Source: Eledone cirrhosa
Lineage: Eukaryota
DNA length: 64,000 nucleotides
Direction of reading: 5' to 3'
NCBI GenBank assembly: GCA_964016885.1
Contig: OZ024743.1
Coordinates: 352,532,001 to 352,596,000, forward strand
The notes below the pieces were generated by a model. The model did no database searches and had not been told where the DNA came from. It saw only the letters and a list, made by a program, of their open reading frames with translations. Of this stretch, positions 1 through 13,687 are shown in pieces. Numbering within the stretch: the stretch's first letter is position 1; each line of letters starts with the position of its first letter. The position numbers and the translations under genes are program-made.

Positions 1-490
1 CTAAGTTCCAACATAAGAGAGAGAGCAAGAAAGAGAGAGATGGGAGGGGGGGGGGGGGGCTGAAAAGAAAGGATTGATGTTGAAAAAATGAAGGTGGCGT
101 TTACATGAAACTGAATAAGTTTATTAAAACAATACAACATAAGTAGGGTTTCTCAATGAAGAGAAGATGAAGAAAGATAACAATAAAAGAAGAAATGAGA
201 TGAGAACCAAGCAAAATAGGTTTGTAATGGTGACAGTGTATACATTAGCACCATTTTGTGTTTTTTCTATTTTTGTTTTCCAACATTTTTTGTTTTATTT
301 ATATCTATTTGTATGTTTGTGTGTAAGAGGCAGGGGCATGTTGGTGTTTCAATGTATATGTATAGATTTGTGCATATAAATATGTATGAGTATTTATATA
401 TATGCATGTATGTATATGTATATATAATATATATATATGTATTATTGAGGGACATGAGAAAAAGTATTCAATATCAAAGTAGAGTTTAAA

Positions 491-651
491 ATATTCATTT
501 AATTGCTATGTGGTGAGCCCTGTTTCTCTGGAGTTTCCCCCTATACACTCACAATCATCAGACAAGACCCTTGTTTTGTCTGATGATCCTGTGAGTGTGT
601 AGATGACACTCCAGAGTAACAAGGCTCACCACTTAATGATTAAATGAATAT
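491..651. repeat. Fold-back element with a hammerhead-like motif in each arm
   Basis: Inverted arms ~491-565 and ~576-651; consensus ttgt-CTGATGA-...-GAAA-CTCCAGAG-TA-acaa; abuts a long (TA/CA)n tract. Confidence 0.75.
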
Positions 652-707
652 ATATATATATATATCTATATACACATATACATATATATATACATATATA
701 CATATAC

Positions 708-782
<75 letters not shown>

Positions 783-941
783 CATATACATATATATATA
801 TACACATATACATATATATATATACATATACACATATACATATACATATATATATATACATATACATATATATATATACATATATATATATATACATATA
901 CATATACATATATACATATATATATATACATATATATATAC

Positions 942-972
<31 letters not shown>

Positions 973-1120
973 CATATATATATACATATATATATACACT
1001 TATACATATATATATATATACATATATATATATAAACATATATACATTTACACATGCACACACACACATGTGCCTATGTATGTATGCATGAATAAATGAA
1101 TGTATATATATATATGTGTG
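648..1120. repeat. Compound (TA)n/(TACA)n microsatellite
   Basis: Direct inspection; source of the IY-repeat ORFs. Confidence 0.95.
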
Positions 1121-1271
1121 TATTATAAACAGACACGTAATATCACCATCATCATCAACTACATAATCTTTGTTTAGCATCAATTTTTTGGACATACAGA
1201 CAGATGCAGACTGCTTTAAGACAGATAAGTAAGTTGACAAGTAGTGCACAAAATGTAGAGATGCTTAATTA

Positions 1272-2026
1272 CCACATATATACTTGAATATAAGCTGATT
1301 TGAATAAAGCTGACCCATCCCCCACTATTTTAGTTCTGAGAAATGGCAAAAATCCAAACCCCATTTATAAGCCAAGGCAGCTAATCAACATATGATACAG
1401 AAATGGAGATATATTTCTAGTTCAAGGTATTATTTAAAAAAAAAAAAGATTTTCTTTAACCATTATGTAGATCATTAAAAACACTAGAAGGAGATTGAAA
1501 TGAATAGGGAATAGTTGAAAGAGATCAACTAAGAAAACACTGTATAAGGATTCAGAGTAGAAGAGGAAAAAAGGGACGGCAAACAAGAGAGAAGTGAGGC
1601 AGAGCAAGAAACAGAGAGGGTGAGAGCGAGAGAAGGAAAAGAGAGAGAGTGACTGAAATAAAACAAAACAAGATTGAAAGAAAAAGTATAATTAAGCCAC
1701 AGAGAAAAACAGTTGACGCACATATGTGCGCACGTGTATACGTAAATGTGTAGGGGATATTTATGTATTAAAAAGTTCAAATAATAAAAATTTGTTGGGA
1801 ATGTTCTCAAGGCAAAACATAAATAAAACTCCTGGTGATATAATAAATGTAGAAAAACAGTGTTTCATTGTGAAATAATCACTCCAGATATTTTAGCACC
1901 TTATTTATGTAGAATTTGAAGTTGGTGAAACTCGTCAAAATACTGACCCCGAATATAACCCCCCCTCCCATTTTACCATTGATTTTATGGTCATATATTC
2001 CTTGGCTTATATTTGAGTATATATGG
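1272..2026. mobile_element. Degenerate pogo/Tigger-like MITE
   Basis: TA-flanked termini ccacatatatacttgaatataagc / gcttatatttgagtatatatgg; related to 30312-30775. Confidence 0.55.
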
Positions 2027-3177
2027 TAATTGAAATTTTTCTCTCTTTAAGAAAGAAAACAAAACTTTGTGGCAAATGTTTAGCAACTCTCAAAGAAAAA
2101 GGGAGATAATTTAAAAAAATTAAGAATTAATCTCTCAAAGTTAGTACATACTGATATTTTCTATCTTGTCATTACCAAAAGGCAGTGTCCATGGCCAATA
2201 CACTTTATCCTAAAATAACCAAATATACTAAATTGTAAATAGGTCCCACAGAATAGAAATAATCTACCACTATAAGCAATAGCATTGCCTAAGTCACATC
2301 ATTCTATGGGATCAGTGTTAACTGCTCTGAGTCAGTCTCAGACCATAGTCCAAGAATCATCATGGTTGGTTTGATAACAACAACAAGCATTTTAAAGCCA
2401 TCTTCCCTGTTAAAGCAGAGGTCAGTCTTGCAGACTCCATGACAAGTTTCTCCACTTATCCTTATTGTCCGGGTGTATATGGTTTAAAATAAGTACATCT
2501 TATGTCTATGTGCTGTTAGAGGTGACCAAAAAAAATGTTGGTACCAGGAAGGGCACCCTGTCATAAAGCAATCCCTCAAAAAGACCTTATAATGGTTTGT
2601 CTGCTTGCTCTGATTAGCATGAGATCGTTAGTTTATTCAACATTAAACCTACGATCATGCACACATATCCACAGGAACAGGTTTTATGATAATGATGTGT
2701 GTGTTTGTGCATGCTTATATATATGGAAGCAGAAATAACAGAGTGGTTAAGAAGTTTGCTTTGTAATCACGATGGGCAAATGTTTTATACCTTCTTAAGG
2801 TTGACTCATGTCTTGTGAGAATAAAATTGAATAGATGGAAAATGTATGGCCATCTGTTGGATGGACTGTACCTGTAATTCAAAAACCAACTTTGTCACAC
2901 TGATTCTGTCAGGATACACATTTTTCTGGAATATTCACTGTTGAAAATATATATACATATGTGTTGTGTTGGAGCTCCTTCAGTTCCTACAAGTGTACCA
3001 GTTGTTTGACCATGGAACAGCCTGCTTGTGAAATTAATGAGCAAGTGGCTGAGCATTCCATAGACACATGTACCTATAGCATAACAGGATGATCAGGCAA
3101 GACCCTTGACTTGTCTTATGATCCTGAACTGAACTGAATATATATTATATGTATGAGTATATGTGTGTGTGTGTGTG

Positions 3178-3217
<40 letters not shown>

Positions 3218-3294
3218 GAGAGAGAAAGAGAGAGAGAGAGAGACTGGGGGTGAACATGTAAGAATATTGATGTGTTGTACAATTAACACACACA

Positions 3295-3335
<41 letters not shown>

Positions 3336-3397
3336 CTTGCTTATTTTTCTGTCCTGTCTAGCTGTTTACCATTGATTATAATGCTGCTGATGATGAT

Positions 3398-3590
3398 AAT
3401 TGTTTCTACTTTTGGCACAAGGCCAGCAATTATCCCAGAGTATTACTGGTACTTTATTTTATCGACCCCGTAAGGATGAAAGGCAAAGTTAACCTCAGCG
3501 GGATTTGAACTCAGAATGGAAAGGGCCGTAACTCTATGTGTCAAAGCATGACGTCCGACCCTCTACCGATACTGCCAATCCACCGCTCTA
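3398..3590 (-). mobile_element. tRNA-derived SINE, family A
   Basis: Shared core gagttcaaatcccgc...ctttgcctttcatccttacggggtcgataaaataaagtaccag...ttgtgcc; many copies in the window. Confidence 0.85.
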
Positions 3591-4037
3591 GTGGTAGTAA
3601 TAATAATAGCAATTAAGATGTCAGTAGTGATAGTGGTAGTGGAGGTGGCAATGCTGATGGCACTATTGTTGTCTTTACAGTTATTTTTATTTATTTTATT
3701 TATTTTTTAAAAATCTGTTGAACATTTTACTCACAGCCAAATATTGCTTCCCCCAATCAAGGTTCATCACAAAGATTTTTAAAAAAATAATAAAAGAAAA
3801 AGAAAAACGAAACACCAAATTATAGGTGTTCCATTATTCACAGGACAACGAATACTGGTTTAGTGGGGGAGGGGGAAATTAGATGCAGGTCATCTAACTG
3901 AAATCCCTAACTGCATTTTCTGATCTTGGGCACAACTACCCCTCACTCGACCGAAACCAGTGTCAAGCCAAGAACTGTGAGAATGTCGGCTTTACATTCC
4001 ACAGAAATGTGGAAAATGGGTTTGTGGCTGTTTTATG

Positions 4038-4138
4038 CTATGACTGAAGGTTGCTGTTGTTGTTGTTGTTACTGTTGTTAGTATTGTTTCTGTTGTTACT
4101 GCTGCTGTTGGTGGTGGTGTTGTTGTTGTTGCTACTAC

Positions 4139-4173
<35 letters not shown>

Positions 4174-4204
4174 CCTCGAAGAAAGGACTCAAGAAGTGAC
4201 ATCA
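4038..4204 (-). CDS. Terminal coding exon of unidentified Q/N-rich host gene
   Basis: Minus-strand acceptor tttttttctcatctttccag, phase 1; reads (V)MSLLESFLRGNNNN...SNLQS then TAG at 4038-4040; phase matches the 9460 exon donor. Confidence 0.75.
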
Positions 4205-4450
4205 CTGGAAAGATGAGAAAAAAATAACAAAGATATGTAAATCTGTTCAGGAAGAATCATTATTATTATTTTAACAAAATCATTAGAACACTGAACAAAA
4301 CACCTTGTGATATTTACTTATGTCCTAAGTTCAAATCTTGCCAAGGTCAATAAAATAATGGACTAGTCAAGTACTAGGATTGACATAATTGATTATAGGC
4401 TTCCCAAAATTTAAGGCCATGTGCCTTTGTTAGAAATCCTTATTTATTAA

Positions 4451-4658
4451 CCCTTTAGCATTCGCATTACTCTGTATTTACAATTGTAATTTCACAGAAA
4501 AGGCTTTATCTCACATAATTATCACATAATATCAAATCTACAAATTTTGATATTATTTATTTTAAGATCAATACCTTAATGTCAGTATGAATGGTTGGTT
4601 ATGACCAGTTTGAATAGAAAGAGGTGAGAGAATTCTGGCTGTTTTAAATGCTAAAGGG
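4451..4658. mobile_element. piggyBac-like MITE
   Basis: TTAA on both sides; TIRs ccctttagcatt / aatgctaaaggg. Confidence 0.85.
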
Positions 4659-4705
4659 TTAAACACATCACTCAGGTTGCAGTTATAGTTATTATTATTA
4701 CTTTA

Positions 4706-5287
4706 GGGCGGTGAATTGGCAGTATCAGTAGAGAGTTGGACGCCATGCTTTCTAGCATAGTTACATCCCTATATGGTCTGAGTTCAAATCCCGCCGAAGT
4801 TAACTTTGCCTTTCATCCTTACGGGGTCGATAAAATAAAGTACCAGCAATGTACTGGGTAATTGCTGGCCTTGTGCCTAAATTAGAAACAATTATTACTA
4901 CTAGCAGATTCGGACACCATGCTTTGCAGCATAGAGTTACGGCCCCTTGCGGTCCGAGTTCAAATCCCACTGAGGTTAACTTTGCCTTTCATCCTTAAGG
5001 GGTCGATAAAATAAAGCACCAGTAACGTACTGGGGGTCGATTTAATCGACCCCCCCCAAAAAAAATTACTGGTCTTGTGCCTATACTAGAAATCATTGTG
5101 GATTGGCAGTATCGGTGGAGGGCCGGACGCCATGCTTTCCAGCATAGTTACGTCCCTTTACGATCTGAGTTCAAATCCCGCCGAGGTTGACTTTGCCTTT
5201 CATCCTTACGGGGCCGATAAAATAAAGTACCAGAAACGCACTGGGTAATTGCTGGCCTTGTGCCTAATGTAGAAACAATTATTATTA
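4706..5287 (+). mobile_element. Three tandem family-A SINEs
   Basis: Three consecutive copies with B-box gagttcaaatccc; (TTA)n-like tails. Confidence 0.85.
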
Positions 5288-5865
5288 CTAGCAGAAAAAC
5301 CACCCTTCGGGGTTCTGCTAGCATGTGTAGTGTGCATATTGATATTATATGCAAATATATATGCATGTAGATATATGTCAAATGAAATTATAATTGACAA
5401 TAAGCACAGAAATTGAACGAAGTCTGTGTTACACTCTCTTGTATAATTAGTAAAGTAATCTATGATACATTAAAAAAAGATGATATTATATATAAACTGC
5501 ATATATAATAAACTAAAATGTTATGAAAACGAAAAAAAAAGAAGAAAATTAGCGACGGTAATATAAACCTTATATTACGATGCAAATATATGAACGTTTA
5601 CATAAGCGATGTGATAGGTATTATAATATAACGGACGCTAACTGGAAGTGTTGACATTTGAACATTTTAAAGAAGTGAATCTTAAAATAAGCAATACTTT
5701 ATATATAAGAATATTTGTGTTTAATCAAGAGCTACGAAATTTAGTAGATACATTATATAATATTCATTCATTATTTATTCAAAGTAATCCAACTTATTTT
5801 ACTAACGGGATAAAAAAATATAAAACGGATGCTGTCCCACACTCCTCTCTTTATTATATTATAGA
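5288..5865 (-). mobile_element. Non-autonomous Helitron
   Basis: Minus strand A|TCTATAAT start, 3' hairpin and CTAG|T end; homologous to 55433-55901. Confidence 0.8.
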
Positions 5866-6059
5866 TTATATACTTACAAAGGGCAATGGATTGGCAGAGT
5901 CATTACAGTGTTGGACAAATGCTTAGCAGTATTTGTTCAAATCCAGCTGAGGTCAATAAAATAAAGTACATGTGCTGATATAATCTATTTTTATATCCTC
6001 ACAAAATTGCTTGCTTTGTGCCTAAATCAGAAATCACTATTATGCTTTTAAAAGGTATT

Positions 6060-6400
6060 TTTATTTCATCAACTCATTTTGGCATGCTGGTTGCACTGAT
6101 CACCACAACTCCCTTCATTTGTCTGCCCATGTAGGAATACCCATGTTTTATATCCATAACAGCAATTTTATTCTTTGTTCCCCAACAGCGTCCTAGCAAT
6201 CTAATTCATCTCTCTTGGATGATATGAGAGATTGCAGGTAGATGGCCATAAAGTTGCTATTTTGTAAGGTCCCGCTTCCAGGATATATTTAAAGCTGCTC
6301 AGAGCATTCTCATATGTTCCATGAAGGTTTTTCTTGAGTCACTTAGTGAGTGTTCACATAGTACTTCTGACACATATTGATGTTGCTGAGTAAGGGTTTT
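6060..6400 (-). mobile_element. Degenerate RTE/RTEX-like LINE 3' fragment
   Basis: Remnant peptide QLYGHLPAISHIIQER..LLGRCW. Confidence 0.45.
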
Positions 6401-6856
6401 AGGATTATATTGTCACATTGTTTGAAAGATATACTAAATACATGGCAAACTGGCAGAAGCATTAGAACATCAGACAAAATGCCTTGTGGCATCTATTCCA
6501 AATTTCTTGCATTCAGGGTTCAAATTATGCCATGGTCAACTTTGCCTTTCTTCCTTCCAATGTTGATAAATGAAATACCAGTCTAGGGTGGTAGAATAGC
6601 GGATTCATTAGATCATTGGACAGAATCCAGGTGGTACTTGTTCTGGCTCTGTATTCTGATTTCAAATTCTGCCATAGACCACATGTGTGGTAGATTTAAT
6701 CCGTTGTTCGGTTAAACACCACCAGTTGGCTTTCAAATGCTTCAGTGGAGCTCACTCTTGCAAGCATCTGGATCAGATCTCTGGCTTAAGGATGCTTTCC
6801 TCCCTGAGTGAGAGACCCTAGGAAGGGTCATGGCAACTGCTCTTCCACCTGACTAT

Positions 6857-8639
6857 TTTATTCTTCTTCACCCAATTATTCTTGAGAGGGTCATGGGGCA
6901 GAGTCCTCAAACACTCCTTCCAGTGGGTCCTGTCAGAAGCAACTGTCTCCATCTGATCCAGCTGGGTCCCCAAGTGAGACCAGCCAAGCTCATACATGTA
7001 AAGGCTTCCAAAGTAAAGACATGGGAGGACTCTGGGTTAAGCTGGAATCCAACTTCAGATCAACAAATAAAGTGTTTTGGCAGACCATCCGCCGACTTCA
7101 TAATAAGAAGCCTTCCTCCACACCTGTTATCAAGAACGTGTCTGAGGTTCTCCTCTCTTCAGAATGTGTATCCTCTTAAGATGGAGAGAATACTTTGCTG
7201 ATCTCCTAAACCCTATCACAACAGCTTCTTCTGATGTATATGAGGTGCATCTGGGAGTGGTGACTAATCTCTCAGAGGCTGAGGTCACAAGAGCAATTAA
7301 AGTGCTGAAATGTAGTAAGGCCACTGGGGACAAGGAAATCTGGTCAGAAAAGTTAACAGCCTTAAATAGAGAAGGTATTCTCTGGCTGACTCGTGTGTGC
7401 CAGGTGGCCTGGATCTCTGGAAGGCACCTAAGCAATGGCAATTGGGAGTGCTAATCCCAATTTTCAAAATGGGAGACAAGATAGATTGTTCTAATTATAG
7501 AGGGATCTCCTTGTTAAGCCTCCCTGGTAAAGTCTATGCTAAGTGTCTAGCAAAGAGATGTAGGGAGATTGTCACATCCAAGCTAGCTGATGAACAGTGT
7601 AGTTTTTGCCCCGGATGCAGCACAGCTGACCAAATATTCATACTGCGAGAAGTCTTCGAGAAATCATAGGAGTATTGACAAGAGGTATATTTTTGTTTCG
7701 TCAACCTCAAAAAGGCATATGACCGCGTTCCTCGGGACATGTTGTGGAAGGTTCGGCAGGAGTTTGGGATCGATGGTCAGCTTCTTGCTGCCCTAATGTC
7801 TCTATACGAATGCCTAAGTATTGTGTTCAGTTAATTGGTGCTAAATCAAAACCATTCAATGTGGAAGTCAGACTCCAGCAAGGGTGCATACTGTCACCTC
7901 TCCTGTTCATTTTTTACATGAACAGGATTGACATGCACAGCCGGGTTGGAAGTGGTTTCATGACTGGTAGGTGTAAAATCAGTCATCTGCAAATTCCAGC
8001 TGACATGATATTACTTAACTCAACAGAAGGTGATCTCTGATTTTCACTCAATAGGTTTGATGCCGAATGCTGCATCACTCAAATGAAAATCAGTGCTGCG
8101 AAAACTGAGAAGCTCATCTTCTTAAGGAAGCCTGTGAAGTGCACTCTATACCTAAATGGAGTTCCACTGAAGCAGGTAGAGAGTTCAAATATCTTGGGGC
8201 TGTATTCACGAGTGATGGTATGAAGGAGGCTGAATTAAGTGCAAGAATTGCAGGAGCTGGTGCAGTAATGCGCTAGTTTCAGCATCCAGTAATCAGAAGA
8301 AGGAAGGTAAGCGTAAAAGCCAAAGTAGCTATCTTCAATTCGGTATTCGTGCCAACCCTTACTTATGGTCATGAATCTTGGGTAATGACTGAAAGAATAC
8401 CATCACGAATACAAGCAGCCGAAATGGGGTTCTCCAAAGGGTCTTTGGAGTAATGTTACTTGATAGAGTGCATAGAACGGAGATCAAAGAGCCACTAATT
8501 CTCTGAATTGAGAGATCACAGTTCTGATACTATGGGCATGTGGTTAGAGTGTTGCAGGAAATAATTGCTGGACAGATTTTACAGGCAAAACCAACTGGCA
8601 GGAGACCCTGGGGTTGACCCCAAATAAGATGGTTGGATA
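6857..8639. mobile_element. RTE-clade LINE insertion with internal inversion (body +, 3' end -) and 10-bp TSD
   Basis: RT motifs WREYFADLLN, IPIFKMGDK.DCSNYRGISLL, QGCILSPLLF on + (7000-8639), with stops and frameshifts; 3' end on - at 6857-6997; acctgactat at 6847-6856 and 8640-8649. Confidence 0.8.
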
Positions 8640-9459
8640 ACCTGACTATCTGATAAACGAAAAAAATGATGGCTCATAACATTTTTTTAATTCGAAGAAG
8701 CAGCATATAGCTTCTTACAATTGAGAAAGAACAATTACACTAGAACTGTCTGTTTATTGTCTGGCATATGATATGGTGTGTCATCAAAATTTACATGTTG
8801 CCAGACTCAAAGTTATGATATGAGGTAACAGGCTAGAAACCACTTTGGATGATAGGTTAAGTACTCTAGCAACTTGGTCAGCCAAACCATTTATATTATT
8901 CAGTCATTTCCTCTGGAAGACTTCAACTAAATACTATGAGTAAAGAACCACATGCTAAATTTATATTGCTATCACTATATTCAGCAGAAATCTATAATTA
9001 CACTGTGATACCTTCTTATAGTTGGTTATAGACACAATGCAGTAGTGGTTACAGAATATAAATTGCCAAACTTCAGGTTGATTGTCTGATACTCTATATT
9101 GGTTACTTAAATACATTTTTTAAATGTCTAGCCAGTTACCAAAATGAAATCTTTTTGAACTATCATTTGATAAATCTAGAGATACACATCAATTAACACT
9201 TATATATCGAATTAACACTTAACATCCTGTAATGATTTAGCAGAAAACGTTTAAAAACAAGTTTGTTAATTCAAATGTTTTGAGTGTCTTGACTAGTGGA
9301 GAGAGTGTTGTGAAAATTTCACATATTAGAGTAAAAACTTCAATCAGTGTTGGAATATTAGTGAGGTTTCATGTGGTACAGGAGGATAAGAGTTAACATT
9401 ACTGACAAATGAATAACAGCTAAGAGATTGAAAAGCTAGAAACCAGAAGATAGAATTAC

Positions 9460-9636
9460 CATCACTGTCTTGTTGAGAGACAGCACTAACGTTATTGGCT
9501 GATAAAGATGGGATGATGAAAATACTTGGCGCTGGTTGCTGAGAATTTCCTCCAAGGCTAAAGACATTATTTCGTCCAGATACAGGGCGTGGATTACCAA
9601 CAATTATGATTTGTGGTCCAGATGAACCAGTCAAAG
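9460..9636 (-). CDS. Internal coding exon of host gene (177 nt, phase 1-1)
   Basis: Acceptor tctttctttttatcttttctag, donor G|gtaatt; open frame LTGSSGPQIIIVGNPRPVSGRNNVFSLGG...QQDSD. Confidence 0.8.
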
Positions 9637-9787
9637 CTAGAAAAGATAAAAAGAAAGACAAAATATAAATTAACAACTGTATTTCCAATAGAGTACACAG
9701 TATTTAATTATAAGATTATTATTATGATGATATTTGTAACATAGCAAATAGTTCTTATATAAAATTATGTTGGTTTTAATTTAAATA

Positions 9788-9945
9788 ATTGTTTCTACTT
9801 TAGGCACAAGGCCAGCAATTACCCAGTACATTACTGGTACTTTATTTTATCGACCCCGTAAGGATGAAAGCAAAGTTAACCTCGGCGGGATTTAAACTCA
9901 GACTGTAAAGGGACGTAACTATGCTAGAAAGCATGGCGTCCAACC
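9788..9945 (-). mobile_element. SINE family A
   Basis: Same core as the other copies. Confidence 0.8.
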
Positions 9946-10050
9946 CAACCCTTTAAAATGGGTGGGTTTTGTTTCATTTTTGGAAGTTTGGCATGGAAAA
10001 TGTTTCATTTTCTTCTTTTAAATAAGAGAACAACATGAATTATCAGCAAA

Positions 10051-10230
10051 CTATTTTTTCCAGCCTGTGGCATTGAAGATGTTTAGAGTAGCTGGACCAC
10101 TGACAATGAAGTTCTTATCATTATTGATGGTTTGGCTTATCAATGTATCAGGTGATGCCTGCAAGGGTGCTTGGATATTTTGATGCTTTAGCCTTGCTAT
10201 CACCTGCAGCAATTTTTTGCGTTGGCTAGC
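10051..10230 (-). CDS. Possible alternative terminal exon
   Basis: Acceptor gattttttag then 60 codons ASQRKKLLQVIARLKHQ...NATGWKK*; phase 0 does not directly fit the upstream phase-1 donor. Confidence 0.3.
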   Translation of the reverse strand, partial: ASQRKKLLQVIARLKHQNIQAPLQASPDTLISQTINNDKNFIVSGPATLNIFNATGWKK

Positions 10231-11699
10231 CTAAAAAATCATTAGAGGAAAAAACTAGTGACTCTTGTGGTGTGTGATTGAGTGCGCAGTTCTTCCACTT
10301 CCTTGTTTCTCTCTCTCTCTCTATATATATATATATACAGTGTTTACATACTAATGTATAAATGGTGTGAATCAGAGATAAAATCAAGGTCATAACCATA
10401 ATTTAACATGACACAGTGATATGATATATAGATAAGACATGACACAATACCACATTAGCCTTGGTTGTCTGTCTGTCTAGGAGAAGGATCACTCTGATTT
10501 CAAAACCAGAGTAGATCGGAGTCCTTAGTCACAGTCATGACAACCTTTCAGTTGGTCAACGGCTTCATCCTTATGATGAAGACGGATGAGCTGTGTCTCA
10601 GTAACCAGCTTCCGAGTAATAGTTGACTAAGGACTTGGGACCCACCGACGACACTTTTTCCCCAATGAGAATTATACAGCATCATATAGATTAGCATTGG
10701 TCCCAAACCCTTAGCTATGAAGATGGGGTGAAACCAGACCAGACTACTGACCACATGGTCAGACACTCAAATCTTACTTATGCCCATGGTTTTTATACAA
10801 ATAAGCAGGGTCTATATAATGCTTTTTGTTCCAGGTTACTTGAACAGAAAAATCCTACCTTAGGTATGTAGTAAGATGTAGTAAAAGATATTGATTCAAC
10901 TGTTTAACCATTTTATTACTATATTTCTAATGAAGTACACAGCCCGTGTTTTAGTTAATTATGAAAATAATAACAAATTTGGAAGAATTTAATGAAATAA
11001 TAAACTTTTTCATTTGCAAGCTTGTGTTTAGAATATTACTTAACAAAATTTTCATAAATAAAATTATGATGGAACGTTTTAATATAAGTATGAACATTTT
11101 AAAATGAGCAGATTTGTGTAATAAAACCAGGGGTGGTTTGGTAACAAAATGAGGTCTAAAATATTCTTCTTGTTGTTGTCACCCTCCTCTTCCTCCTTAT
11201 AATTCTAACCTATAGTTTAATCATCACCATTGGCATTATTGATTGAACAGGTTAGTTATAAAATGTTCCAATTGTGAAATGAATTGAAAAAATATTTAAT
11301 TCCATCTCTTTTTAATGAATTTTCAAAATAATCAATAATTTTGAAGAGGGTTAGTGAAATAATAATTTAAGCCAGCATTTCAAATATGACTTAATGACAA
11401 GGAAACCTCAAATAAGACTGTGAAGAAAGTGTCTGCCTACCAATATTTCACATTATTGTTTATGTAATATGATTTTGGTTGAGATTTTATCCCTTCCATG
11501 ACCATATTTTTTATGAAAAACGCTGAATGTGTTTCAATTAATTTTGAAAAACAAAATCAAGAATATGGAGTGTTTTAATAAAATAACTTTTTTATTAAGT
11601 AGGCATTAAAAACATGACAACAAAGTTATGATGGAAAGTTTTAGCAGTTTCATGCAGGTTGGTTTTGAAAAGACTAATTCAACTGTGAAAGATTTGCTG

Positions 11700-12390
11700 T
11701 CAGAAGTGGGCAGTAAAGGACCTGGGTTGGTCTTGTTGGTCACAGAGTCTTATCCACCTTCTCTATTCAACATATCTCCAAGGTAACAACATGTTTTCAC
11801 AGCATTCCCAAGATCCAGCTCAACATCCTCTCCATACACACTTTACACACAAATGTAGCTACTACATTATTTAATAATCCCTTCACATCACTACATTTTT
11901 TTATGTATCCACCCAGCACATACATTTAATAGACCACTACATCACCCTTCCTGAACACTGCACACAACCACCTTCCAGTTCTTTCTATCTCACCAATATT
12001 TACCTTTCCAATATTCCCCTTCATACCGTTTGCCTCCATACATTTTTCAACCTATTAGTTTTCTCCCTCAGTCCATCCATACTTTCTATTATTAACATCA
12101 GGTCATCTGCATACAGCAATTCTTTCAGTAAACTCTCCTTTACACTTCAGACTAGTACTTCTATCACAGCTACAAATAATAGTGGGCTTAATACTGATCC
12201 TTATTGCATTGCAATCTTTAATTCAAACTTGAGACTGTTTCAATCATTTATCCTTATGACAGTACATGCATTCTCATTCATTGTCACCACTACACTAACT
12301 AACCATTCCTCCACTTCCAAATCTCCCAATGCCTATGTCACTACTTTTTGTGGAACCCTATTGAAAGCTTTCTTCAGATCAACATGCAGC
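11700..12390 (-). mobile_element. Degenerate RTE RT fragment
   Basis: Remnants of DLKKAF.RVP, GSVLSPLLF, ELLYADDL. Confidence 0.7.
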
Positions 12391-12429
12391 CGTATGTTAA
12401 AAAAATAAAAGTAACCTTCCCTCCACCTC

Positions 12430-12462
<33 letters not shown>

Positions 12463-12475
12463 GTTTGTTACTCAC

Positions 12476-13687
12476 AAGATGTTAGTTGTGTCAATGGTGC
12501 TGATTCTGTTTGTTGTTGATTTGTGTGGGAGTCTGATGATGGCTGGAAGTGTGACTGCAATAATGTCTGCGCATTTGGTGAACAGAGGACAGACGGATGT
12601 GCATTGAGCTGCGGATTGTCAAGTTTTGAAATTGAATTTGGCAAAGATAGTTTTAAGGGAGTGTGGAATTGGTCTGTAGGTGACACTTGTATTGGTAAAA
12701 TGTCAGACACATTGTTCACATGATGAAGAGATGGATTTGACTGTTGAGCAGAAGTAAACTGTATATGATTATTAGCTTGACTTAATGGTGAAGTATTGTG
12801 AAGTGTTTGTTGCTGTTGTGGTTGCTGCTGTTGCTGTTGATGCTGCTGCTGTTGTTGATGTTGTTGCTGCTGCTGCTGTTGTTGTTGTTGCAGCTCTTGA
12901 TGTTGTTGCAGCTCTTGATGTTGTTGCAGCTCTTGATGTTGTTGCTGCATCTGTTGTTGTTGCAACTGTTGTTGTTGATGAAGATGTTGATGAAGATGCT
13001 GTTGTTGTTGCTGTTGTAGTAAAGCAGTAGCAGCTTCATGATAGAGTGATGTCTGTGACTGAAACTGGGGTGTAGAACTATTCGTTAACATGGGCGTGGC
13101 TTTTACAGATGATGAGTCAGCCATCTCTGCCGTTGAATGATAATCTGTTGGAGAATTGTTCAGCTGTTGATGTGATGTGGCTGTTGTCTGCTGCAGTTGC
13201 TGTGTCTGATTCTGGAAGTCATCACTAGTGTGCATCTCCATTGCTGTGGCACCCATTGTTGAAGATGACAGCAATTGGTCAGATGCCATGCGTGTAGAAG
13301 ACAAAAAGGCATCGGTTGATGGCTGGAGCTGACTGGTGGTCTGAAAACTGTGATCTGATGATGACTGGGGAAGATTAGTGGATTGGAACGATATATTTGA
13401 ATGGATCTGTTGAGGGGACTGGACAGGGGAATTCTGAAGAGAAGTCTGTGAATGGAAATGGGTGGAGGAATCAAGTTGGGAAGGAAAATCTTCAGATGGA
13501 TGGTTTTGTTTATGAAATGATGAAGGGAAAGCACACTTCGTGTCAGTAGTGGATTCTTGATTTGTGAAAGTTGTTGGTAGCGGCACCACACCATTGGTTG
13601 AAGAGAACAGATTTGACAATATCAGTTCATGTGGAAGCTGTAATCCAGATGACTGAGAATTCTGTTGCAGCAACCGAAGAACCTCAG
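12476..13687 (-). CDS. Large Q/S/H-rich coding exon (1212 nt, phase 1-1), transactivation-domain-like
   Basis: Acceptor (t)n gttacag, donor T|gtgagt; long open frame in AT-rich DNA; polyQ tracts and three QQHQEL units. Confidence 0.85.

Noticed and set aside
626-1249. IY/YI-rich ORFs here and across 39841-51354
   Set aside because: Translations of (TA)n/(CA)n microsatellites, which lack stop codons
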